DNA of 64,000 bases. It comes from Asterias rubens. Its lineage: Eukaryota. The position numbers and the translations under genes were made by a program. The notes below the pieces were generated by a model. The model had not been told where the DNA came from, searched no databases, and saw only the letters and a program-made list of their open reading frames with translations. The stretch covers positions 12,400,001-12,464,000 of the forward strand of contig NC_047068.1 of the NCBI RefSeq assembly GCF_902459465.1. The letters run 5' to 3'. Positions 12,201 to 21,952 of this stretch are shown here, piece after piece (position 1 is the stretch's first letter; the number at the start of each line of letters is the position of its first letter).

Positions 12201-14898
12201 TTTTTCCCTATTCATTCCTGTGTAATCATATCGAGGCTGGAAGGGGAAATGGTCTTGTACCTTTATATAATTTTAAGGACAAAAGGAAGACTCAAGAAGG
12301 TCTGAAAACAAGACCAAAATTGATGGAAGAATGCTGAAATCATGGCATTCCACCTCTGGAGCTATTTACTTCAAGGAGCTTTTAGTAACTCAGTTGGAGA
12401 CAAATAGATCAAAGAATATGATTCTTATTATCTGAAGAAAGTAAATGTTATTGTTTTTTTCAGCAGGAAGACTTAAGTTTGAATTAAGGTTGTATGTCAG
12501 TTTTGTAATGATGTTGTGTCTCACATGAGAGTGTTCATGCAGAAACTTTTTGTAATGATGTTGTATATAAAAAAAACACACGATATATCTCATATGACTA
12601 TGTCCGTGCAAAAATGTTTTCAATGATTATTTATCTTTATGAAAATAGTCCGTGCAAAAACATTGCATCTCAATTTTTTTAATGCTTTTCTGGAAGATAC
12701 TTCTTGCTCTGACAAGATGTTCTCAAATTTAATTCTGATATCAGGGTTTTCATGATGCTGCGAATGACTTTAAAAAGGCCGATGTTGAACTCTTCTTTGC
12801 TTGCTCAAAGGTAAGATTTTTTTTACTTTTGAGGGAAATGAGGAACGTTAATGCAAAATTTTACTTTTTCCCCTTTTTGCATATAGTTAGAATTTGTGCT
12901 CTTGATTGTTATTGGATACAGGGTGCATGACAAGGAAAGCCTGATGGGCGAGTGTTCCAAGACTTTTTCCAAACCTCAGCTTTATAAGGCTCCGTCTCTG
13001 GGTACCATCTTATACATGAAACACCAACATAAATGTACACACTGCTCCATAACGGATGGCTGACCCAAAGCCAGAGTACAAGCCAAGGTTCCGATTAAAG
13101 TGGTTCACAAAGAAAACCAACAAAATGAATTTGAAACAAGAAACACTGACATTCTATACGGGACCTTGACAAACTTAGTACTGGACAAGGTTTTTAACCA
13201 ACCGTTAACCAACAGTGTGTTTGAAATTGGTTGATTAAAAAAATATGGGAGACAATCACGGTGCATGAGTTACATTGTTGACAAACCGAGACTACGATCG
13301 CTATCTTTAATTTCCCTAGTGTGGGATAATAAAGTTCTTATCTCATCTTGTATTTTCTTATTCTTATCTTATCTACTGGAAAACAAGCAGGGGGGTCGAT
13401 TTTTTACGTGTCTCTCTAAAAAATTCACCGTGCTTTTAACAAAATTGAACATTTTACATTTCATCCACCTTCCCAACAGTTTTTAAACAATCACTCAGGG
13501 CCAGTGCAGCCATGAGCAATCTTTTTATAATATTAATTTAATAAATATTTGGTTTGTTGTAACACCATGTGTGTATTTACTTGCCAGGTAGAGTTTGTTC
13601 TAAAGCCGTGTTCGCATTGGACTAACGTTTAGACAGTGGTTAACATTCCAAAAGGGGAAACTTACCAGCGTCCGCACTTGGATTATTGACGTGGGTAAAC
13701 TAACCGACACGATCAGTAAAACACATATCGTCTAACTTCAGAAAAACGCAGTGACCTTTGACAGGGGTGCATGACAGCGAGTTTGCATTGAGTGCAACCG
13801 AGCTTCCGTCCGTGTACACAATGCACGATGTACGATATGCCATCACACAATCACGTGGCGCTGCAGGTAGCTCGGGGATCGGATGTGGCTTTTTACCGGG
13901 ACGGCTTTTACCCTGATCGCGTTCGCATTGGACTTTTCGGCTCGGTTAAACTAACCTGGTCAATTTAACCGGGCACCTTTGGCTCGGTTAAACTACCCAT
14001 GCGGGTCGGGTAATTTACCTGGGAGGAAAACTTCCTGGGCTGTTCGCATTGGACTTAAAATGGGTAAGTTACCCATTGGCTCGGTTGGTTTACCCAAATT
14101 AAGTCCAATGCAAACATGGCTTTAGAGAACTGTCTTTCTTTATTCTACTACCATGGAGTAGATTTATCGGATGTTTGGGAGACTTCTCAGTTCTGAAAAG
14201 AACTGTCCTGCTTTTTAACTACTACCCGGGCGGAAGGTATAGAAAATTGGCTGGGACTAACTACTTTTAATATACGATCGTAATTAACTGCACTACCGCG
14301 GAGTCAGTTCTTGAAATTGGTCTCAACGTTTTGACTAGCTTGCTCTAGTCATAGCAATATTCATTTATTTTTCCATACACTCTTTCAGCCAAACATTACA
14401 GCGCTTCTTCTGAAAGCCGACATAGACAGCATGTCTATATATAGCACCGTAAAAGACGCCCTAGAAAAAATTGAGGAAAAACAAGGTAAGAGTGAAAGAT
14501 GCAAATCATAGGCTTTAGTAGAGACTTTTAATTTATGGCGGGCAGAGGGCCCGGGTTGATTCGCCTCAAATAAAAAAAAGCAAAAAAAAAAAAAAACGGT
14601 TTCTAACATGGTCTGTTTGCTTTTGGGGTCCTTTTTCCTCTTCTTTCTGTTCCCAAATTTCCCCCACTGTTTGGCCTGAATTTTGCCGAGCATTCTCCCG
14701 TCCCCCACCTCCCAGGTTGTACGCCAATGATGCAAAACAAGAAATGTATAACTTTAACACAAATATTTTAGCCTTTAAGATAGACTCTGCTAGGGTCAAA
14801 TAGTCAATAACTCTCTTACAAATGTTTTTATGCCATGTCATGCTTTTGTTGTTTTCTCATAAACATTATTTTTATTGTCTTTTGTTTTTACAGTTTAA
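3208..14898 (+). CDS. SLC26A11: Sodium-independent sulfate/anion transporter (SLC26/SulP family, SLC26A11-like), ~600 aa
   Basis: Exons 3208-3408, 3986-4202, 5198-5363, 6132-6186, 7240-7339, 7978-8129, 8704-8776, 9536-9586, 10110-10170, 10680-10876, 11465-11658, 11989-12156, 12745-12810, 14389-14485, 14894-14898. All are GT-AG and phase-consistent (1803 nt). Motifs: DVIAGLTVALTVIPQSLAYA, YGLYSAYIG, DISVGPTAIMSL, GFTS..AITI, ANQEFIALG, YPVTGSFSRTAINSQSGVRTP, and STAS-domain VILDLSFVSELDFT. The terminal exon is uncertain (alternative at 15234-15250). Confidence 0.92.
5723..6012 (+). mobile_element. tRNA-derived SINE
   Basis: A box TGGCTGAGCGG (5737-5747) and B box GGTTCGAGTCC (5794-5804). The body (GGACTGTTAAGGGGGTAACCCTG...GCCCACACCTTGAAG) recurs at ~57395-57510. 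Confidence 0.75.
6515..6888 (+). mobile_element. Non-autonomous DNA transposon (MITE), TTAA-flanked, Kolobok-like
   Basis: TTAA|AGGCAGTGGACACTATTGGTAATT...CCAATAGTGTCCACTGCT|TTAA. TTAA flanks with purine-purine termini fit Kolobok rather than piggyBac (CC termini). At least 8 copies in the window. Confidence 0.8.
6895..7145 (-). mobile_element. tRNA-derived SINE with conserved core (CTTCTCTCCACCCAGGGGTGTACATGGGTACC)
   Basis: Same family as 22425-22662 and 57140-57380. On the minus strand it has a tRNA-like head containing GGGTTCGAATCC. Confidence 0.7.
7650..7825 (+). mobile_element. CAGGCCTG-bounded MITE-like dispersed repeat (hAT-like termini; no TSD found)
   Basis: Begins and ends with CAGGCCTG. 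The internal GCCTTGGTGCCCTTG...TGCCCTTTCAAAAAC recurs at ~23219-23395 and inverted at ~40685-40835. Confidence 0.6.
9255..9420 (-). mobile_element. Non-LTR retrotransposon (CR1/L2-type) fragment, region C-terminal of RT
   Basis: Translation LLDRVQRLHNSAARLICSTPLREHITPSLRKLHWLPTREQI matches the typical LQxxQNxAARL...HITPxLxxLHWLP motif. Confidence 0.8.
9690..9964 (-). mobile_element. Truncated Kolobok-like MITE copy
   Basis: TTAA|AGTCACTGGACACTATTGGTA followed by the inverted body of the 6515-6888 family. Confidence 0.75.
10956..11150. repeat. Degenerate ~12-bp minisatellite (ACTTATAAGAAT-like)
   Basis: About 15 imperfect copies of CTTATAAG(A/G)A within an SLC26 intron. Confidence 0.85.
13601..14124. 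mobile_element. ~520-bp MITE with ~23-bp TIRs (TA/TWA flank; Harbinger- or Tc1-like)
   Basis: Left TAAAGCCGTGTTCGCATTGGACT, right AGTCCAATGCAAACATGGCTTTA (2 mismatches). The TIR motif GTTCGCATTGGACT is repeated internally at 13921 and 14042. Confidence 0.75.
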
Positions 14899-15064
14899 GA
14901 GCATCTACTGCCCTGACTTTCTGCCATTGATCGCTTCTGCCCTTCGTACACCATCTCTAAACCTTTGCCTGCCTAGCCACAGTCCATAAATGCTGTTCCT
15001 GCCTCTAGCGTATAGAGTGCTCGTTGCTGCATTCAAAATAAAACAAACGTTGGATGCATAATCA

Positions 15065-15211
15065 TGGGCCGATTTCACAAAGAGCTAAGATTGATCTGAA
15101 CTGCAAATCAATCAAAGTTGCTTAGTAAAGTGTGATGTCACAATACAAATCACCATGGTAATACTGACAATTTGTCTTACGATGGATTTTGATGCTTTGT
15201 GAAATCAAGCC
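15065..15211. mobile_element. Short MITE with GGGCCGATTTCACAAAG termini
   Basis: GGGCCGATTTCACAAAG...CTTTGTGAAATCAAGCCC. Related GGGCCCAATTTCAT-terminated elements are scattered at ~42.4-42.8, 46.6-46.9, 49.7-50.4 and 60.2-60.7 kb. Confidence 0.65.
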
Positions 15212-15579
15212 CTGGACTATTATTCCATTTCAGGAGGTGAGGTCCAGTGAAATGGAAAAGCCAGACATGGATCTGTGCATGCAGTGTATAATAATAAACA
15301 TTAGGTCTTTTCACACTTTCAAGCTATGGTCTTTGCCAAAAGTGACATGATTCCAATCCTACTTGACTTCATAAAATTTCACAACGGTTCAAATCCACAC
15401 TGCTTTCATAGCTTAGGACTTGTCCTAGGAGATATACAAAAACATGTGGCTAGGGGGAATAGACGTACACTAGTTACAGAATTATGCCAGTCAGCATGTG
15501 TTTTATAACACAGCTCGGTCTTAAATGTCAAATAAGAACAGAAAATGAACTTTGTAGTTGTTGTTCACGGTTCAAGACA

Positions 15580-15720
15580 AGAGAGGGCGCTGTTACCGCG
15601 GGCACTATATTCAAAGACTATTGCCCGCTCTGGTACTGTTCCCGCAATACACGCACGCGTGATCACTAGCCTATATAAGTTCATCCCACGTGACTGTGTT
15701 TCATCCAACCAGAATACAGA
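15580..15720 (+). promoter_or_regulatory. Candidate promoter of the sialyltransferase gene
   Basis: CpG-enriched patch with TATATAA (15672-15678), CACGTG (15687-15692) and AGAGGGCGC. The sialyltransferase ATG exon has a 3' splice site 8-9 nt upstream, which implies an upstream non-coding exon. The link to this site is an inference. Confidence 0.35.
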
Positions 15721-16469
15721 AGAAGCAATAGGTGTGTTATAATCACCTCTATTCATCATTTTCTGCCTTGCAAAATGGAGTCTTTCCTTCTGAAACATTT
15801 ATCAGATCAAAAGTAACAATGGGTAATATGGTATTTTAAATTATTTATCCAAGCACTGGTAAAGTAAATTATTGAAACATGATTTATGACAATTCAAATT
15901 GAATCATGAATTCTTTGTTGGATCAAAATATCAATGTGTTTTGCCCCTTTGCACCATTCCAATGTCACTCGCAGCTACTTTTTGAGCAAATTTTTCTTCA
16001 GGTGAGATGATTGATTGTTTTTAAAGAAGTGAAAATTTGGAATATGGATAATAGTCTAATCTTTCTATTGAAAGAACTTCTCTCCCGAAGTTTACAGTAT
16101 CTTTCATAATTGCAAATAGAAATCTGGAGGGTTTGGTCGTAACAAGGAGCTATTTCTTTCTTGCCTCTTTTTAGAAAATTTAAGGCTAAGGGGTTGTTAA
16201 TTTATAAAAATTATTTAATCACGAAAAACATGAACAAATAACCTTTTTTTATATTATTTTTCAGTATTAATAAGTTTAAGATGTATTTCTACAGGTTTTG
16301 TACTATTTGTACCAGATGGAAATTCAATAAATATTTTTTGTGTAAGATTGAAAATGCAATTTCACAAGTTTTTTCTTGATTTTAAAGTGGTGTATTTTGT
16401 GCAAGCTCATTCTGCCACACATTGGACACATTGTGGTATAAAGTGTACATTTATAAAATGTAAGATTAA

Positions 16470-16810
16470 AGGCACTGGCCACATTTGGTAATCGTCAAAG
16501 AACAGTGTTCTCACTTGGTGTACCCAACATATTAAGTCTGTAAACATTTTGACTCCATTGGTCATCAAAGTTGTAAGAGAATAATGAAAGAAAAAACACC
16601 CTTGTTGCACAAATGTGTGTGCTTTTAGATGGCTTAAAAAGACTTCAGACCTGAAGGCCTTATTATTTGAGTGAGAAATTACTCAAAAACCTTGTACTTA
16701 GAGGGGGCTGTTTTTCACACTGACTTATAATATCCAATGCTTTCCATTGCTCGTTACCAAGTAAGTTTTTATACTATTAAACAATTTATTTACCATAGTG
16801 TCCAGTGCCT
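16470..16810 (-). mobile_element. Kolobok-like MITE copy (diverged)
   Basis: TTAA|AGGCACTGGCCACATTTGGTAAT...ACCATAGTGTCCAGTGCCT. Confidence 0.75.
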
Positions 16811-17809
16811 TTGAACTTTAAATGGCCTGCAGAAAGTCAAGGCTCTGTGGCTTTTCAGTAGAAAAAAATGTGTGATGTCGAATTCCACATCATCTATGCA
16901 CAAATATGACTTAACCCTGATAAGCAAGTTTGTCTGGATTAATGATTAACAGTAGTCTAGTTAATTATTTGCACAAAGTAAATATTGAAGCAATGGGCGC
17001 CATATCTTAACAGTCACAACAGTGTTTACATGGCCCATGCTTAAAATACTTGTGTATCAAAGAACACTGGAGTCTACCTGCGTATCAAGGAACACTGGAG
17101 TTTACTTGTGTATCAAAGGACACCTGGAGTCATACTGTAGGCTTGCCAAAAGGTTCTATGTTTTGAATTCAAGATGGCAGCTTTTTAGGTCACACTCCTT
17201 TAGGTTGAATGAAGGCTCGAGATTTCACTTAGGTAAGAACAACTTTTTGATTACTCTTTTAAGATATGTAGCTTTGCATGGAGGGGAAGGTAAAACGAAA
17301 CTGGTTGTATCTTCAGTTAAAAAAATTCAAACCTGTTAAAGTGGTGCTCTTAAGCAAATATCTTTCCTTTTTTTTTTTGGGGGGGGGGGGGAGGTAACTT
17401 TTAATGGCCGAGTCTTTTTTTCTTTTTTGTTGTTGTGTTGGGGGCAAAGAAATGGTTTGAGGGAAATCAAGTATGATTTCCAATGTATGCAAATCTGTGA
17501 TTTCATATTCACTATCTTATGAAGACCAATAACAAAACAGAAAAGTGAACACAAGAAGTCTCCTCAGGGGAACTCAAATACTAGGGTACTCGATGGAAAT
17601 TTTGTGTACAAAGTCTATGTGAAGTTCTGAACTACAGGGACAATGGAAAGAACAAAAGATGTCTCCACAGGGATGCACAAAATAGAAAGTGAACTTTTTT
17701 ACTTTCAAGTTCTTGCCATAATGTGCTCACCCTTTAATGAAAAGGAAACAGCCTTTTAAAGATAACCATTCTCCGCGCACCCCCCTTCTTTTTCCCCCCA
17801 GTTGGCGCC

Positions 17810-19855
17810 ATGGTGGAGAAAAAAATGCGGCTGACACTAAAGAAAGCTCTAAGGATAGCATTGGTATTCACAGCAGTTCTTGTTGTCTACATGATCACAT
17901 TTGGCATCAATACTGAAATAGATTGCTTTCAGTTTTGTGTTGGGTAAGTATGAAGTTTCTAGTGACATTTGACCTAGAGGTAAAATAAAAAACCAAGGAT
18001 CCCAATAAACTAATCAACACACAAAATTTTAAGTTGATATGCCAATTCTTTCTCAAGAAAATTTTTTTTGTTTGTTTGGACTGTGACCTGGACTTTTGAC
18101 ATGAAGGTCCAGAAGAAATAGTCTGCAGTGACTTCGCCGACCAAGGAGCATAATATAACACCAATGTGTTGTAGTCGAGACCTTGAAGTCCAAGACAGAG
18201 ACCCAAGACCAGTCTTATCAAGACCAAGGACCAAGTTATTTGTGTCCGTTTTCTTTTGTTTCTTTTTTGGTAATGCTACGCCTTGAACACCCAGGGTGGA
18301 TATGTGCAGATCACAATTCTTTATTATTACTTTTATAATTTTAAATTGGACCAAGACCAAGGCTTTTGCAAACTGAGACTGATAAAGGACCGCAAAAAGG
18401 TCTTGAGATGGTCTTGAGACCTAAAACTCTGAATCATAAATTATGCAATCATTATTCTAACACCACCAACACAACTAACCCTTAGGATTTGTGTTTATTG
18501 TTTTCAGAAAGACATGCTTCAGCTCTCGTCTCACAATACTAGTCTACAAAGATGACGTTGAGCCTAAGGATATGAAATTCCTCCAGAGCTTCCGGCCACA
18601 GCTGGGTTTAAAAAAATACGCCATGGACTCCATGACGGGACAACTTGACAGAGAGATATGCCCAATGGAAGAACACTTTCCGCAATTCACAACGATTCCC
18701 ACCCAAAACAACTGCGCTATTGTCGGAAACAGCGGAGTTCTCCTTCACAGCAACTGCGGGAATGAGATAAACTCCTATGATTATGTAATACGTATGAACT
18801 TAGCACCTGTGCGAGATTTCGCAGACGATGTCGGCGTCAGGACAAATTTGACGCTGATGAACTTCGAGTCGCTGGTTTACTTGCACAGCAATCTCACGCA
18901 GAAAGAACCTGGGGATAAGTTCCTTGATATGTACGTGAACAGGGTGTGGTTTCTTAATGACACAGTGATTTGGTACGCCAAGTCCATGGCACCTAGAGAA
19001 ACCAGAAAACGACTCCAACAGTCTGTGGAGGTGCTCAAGAATAAATATCAACTGCCGATTAGGTTTGGGTATAGCTGGAGAACTCTGCATGCTGAAAGGT
19101 ACACTAGCATTGGTATTATAATTAAAAACTTTCGAAACCATGTCTTTGATTCGTACCAACTCTATCTACCTGGCAATCTCTGTGGTCTAGTTGGTAAAGA
19201 AACTGCTCTAGAATTGCAAAGGTTGTGGGTTTCGAACTCAACCTGAGTAATATGCCTGTGATTTATTTACACAGACCTCGGGGAAAGTACCCAGTATGCA
19301 GTCTCCAAACACACATCTGTGTAAGGGTACACCAAAATAATATTTGTGTCTTAAATGTTTCTCTTTCTTCAAACACCTTATTGGTGGATACAGGCACTAT
19401 CAAGAATTTTTTATTTATTGTGCTGTACTCTGAAAGATTACTTGGTAGTAGCTTAGATTCAAATAAGTTCAACTTGTCCCCTATTTTCTTCTAGTAATCC
19501 ATGCTTTCCTAACTACAGATATCTCAGCATGAAGCGACTAGCCACAACGGGGTTCAATGCTTACTACGTAGCTAAATCATTCTGCAAGCACATCACCCTC
19601 TACGGTTTCTATCCGTTCAGCAAAGACGCACGAGGCTACCATGTACCCCATCACTACTACGAGGACGTCCGGTACGAGTACAGCAACCCCGTGCACAATT
19701 TCAATTGGGAATTCAACAAATTGCAAGAGTATGAGAAGGAGGATGAGCCTTTGAAAGTGAAGACTGGGAAGTGTATCGGTGCCGCTGTGAGGAGGAGGGG
19801 TGAAGGTGTGGAGAAACCAATTGGGGATTTATTATGGTTTAAAGTGAAGCCATGA
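17810..19855 (+). CDS. Alpha-2,8-sialyltransferase (GT29, ST8Sia-like), 353 aa, type II Golgi membrane protein
   Basis: Exons 17810-17943, 18508-19098, 19519-19855 (1062 nt, phases consistent). N-terminal TM ALRIALVFTAVLVVYMITFGI. Sialylmotif L CAIVGNSGVLLHSNCGNEINSYDYVIRMNLAP, motif S LATTGFNAYYVAKSFCKHITLYGFYPF, motif III HYYE, VS HNFNWE, and the C-terminal Cys (KTGKC) typical of ST8Sia. No specific vertebrate orthologue can be assigned. Confidence 0.9.
18165..18430. mobile_element. hAT-like MITE remnant with CCAAGACC subterminal repeats
   Basis: GTGTTGTAGTCGAGACC...GGTCTTGAGACCTAAAACTCTG with multiple CCAAGACC motifs, in intron 1 of the sialyltransferase. Confidence 0.5.
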
Positions 19856-20189
19856 CGAACATTTGAGTTCAGCTTAGACCAGGGCCCAGAACAAATTGCA
19901 AAACAAATTGTCAGCATTACCATCATGGTTTGTGTTAAGACATCACACTTTACTTGGCAACTTCAATTGATTTGCATTACCGGTAACTCTTTGTGAAATG
20001 GGCCCCAGGGCCCAATCTCATGAAGCCTATAAGCCTAAAAACTTGCTCAGCACAAGAAATATTGTTGACAGAGACTGCTTACCAGCAAAAATTCAATAAA
20101 TTTTACATTATTGCAACTGATGGTGCCCCACTCATTTGTAAGACAACTGCTGAGCAATATTTTCTGCTTTTAAGCAGAAAATGTTCCTT

Positions 20190-20460
20190 TAAAAAGGAAC
20201 ACGTTTGCCTTGGATCGGTCGAGTTGGTCTTTGAAAAGCGTTTGTAACTGTTTGTTATAAAATGCATATGGTTAGAAAGATGTTTTAAAAGTAGAATACA
20301 ATGATCCACACACATTTGCCTCAAATTTGCATGGTTTTCCTTTTACTTTGCAAACGAACCAATCGGCCATTTATGGGGGTCAAAAATTTGACTCCCATAA
20401 ATGGCCGACCGTGTTTGTAGACGAGGTAAAAGGAAAACCACACAATTTCGAGTGATACTT
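20190..20460 (+). mobile_element. Truncated TTAA-type DNA-transposon remnant with internal palindrome
   Basis: TTAAAAAGGAACACGTTTGCCTTGGATCGG start. Internal inverted repeat GGTTTTCCTTTTAC..CGGCCATTTATGGG / CCCATAAATGGCCG..GTAAAAGGAAAACC. Confidence 0.55.
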
Positions 20461-20819
20461 GCAGTGATACAGACAGTTGCAGTGCTTCTCACTGAGTAAG
20501 TTTTGATGGTCATAAATGTTTGCAGTATTTACCAATCTATGAGCCAACCTTAGAAATATTTCAAGGTAATTTTTCTATCACGACCATCTCTTTACCATTT
20601 TATGTTATGTGAATATGTATATTTTAAGTCTTATCAGTATGATGCATACACTACGAAAATTATAAAGATAATATGAAAACAATTAAATTACAAATAAAAT
20701 AAAGTTATACATTTTGTTTGCATCTGATTGTTATGTCTCAAAACATTTTATTAAACATAATACAAAATAATTTGTATCAACTTTAATTCAGTGCTAGCGA
20801 AGTTTGCCCCAATAAAAAG

Positions 20820-20985
20820 ATGAATAGGAAACGACAATTTCCAATTTCAAATGTGGGAGGAAAACGCAAAATGGGAAAATCCCATGCAATCAGTAGGGAC
20901 TGAAAACCCAATCCACATACAAGCTTTAGACTGAGGTAAGATTTGAACCAGGGTCCACAGAGGTGAAAGGCAGAGAACCACCACA
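20820..20985 (-). mobile_element. Degenerate tRNA-derived SINE
   Basis: Minus strand has B-box-like CCTGGTTCAAATC and a GTTTTCCTCCCACA core. Confidence 0.5.
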
Positions 20986-21952
20986 AAATAATGATAAAAT
21001 CTAGAAATTATTTTGTTTCCAGTTGTGTTTAATGTAGTTGTTCAACCAACTTCAGCTTTTATCACAAAAGATCAATCTTCCCTCACACAGGAGAGGGAGT
21101 ATGAAATATTCAGTAATCATATTTTTTAAAATTGTAAACCCTACCAGGAATTTCATTCTTCATAAAGTAAAGGCCACATGTCCCCACTTTAAAAAAAAAA
21201 GGATATTCATTCAAAAAATCAAAATGGCTTTAGTGATTATTTAAAAAACGCACTAAATAGCTGGAGCAGGACTTGAATCAAAGACCTCCAGATTAACATG
21301 TCGGTGCTCTACCAACTGAGCTATATGTTGGCGGTCTCCCTACTAATATTAGTCAATAGCTTTGTCTAGGGGTGCCAGTCAAAAGCCATTCAATCTGTAA
21401 CTGCAAAGTGTAGCCAGGGATCACACTCAAGCTTGCGATACAACCTTGGAAGCTTTAGCCAGGGGATCACCTCAAGGGGATGCAGCTTTTTATGATAAAA
21501 TGTCAAGTAAATAACCACCAGGGAAACTGACTGGAAAAGTTTCAAATGACTTTGGGTTGAACAAAGACAAGTTTACTGGAGCGGGGCTTAAACCAAAGAC
21601 CTTGTGATGAATGTAACTGCTCTCTTCAACTGAGCTTTCCAGCCTTAAACCTGGAAACAGATCGGAAAGGTTGCGATCATTATGGGTAGGCCTTGGGAAT
21701 TTAGATCAATAGTGAGAAGGGCTACTATTGTGTAAAAAGATACTTTTAAAAGAAGCAGAAAAAAGAAACAAAAAGTCTCACAGAGCAGGGAGGGGTCCTG
21801 AACTAACATCAGTCCCCCCAAAAATGAATCAAGTACTCTTTGCAAAGAATTTTTCAAAATTATACGCGCTCCTAAAAAACCCAGAGTCCTTCTGAAGCAA
21901 AATGAAGACGTCCATTCCTGAGAAATGACGGAATCCTCCTCTGAGATGATAT

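Noticed and set aside
18800-19159. 119-aa antisense ORF
   Set aside because: Shadow ORF of the sialyltransferase coding exon. The same applies to 36936-37346 and 37108-37599 over the cupin exon.
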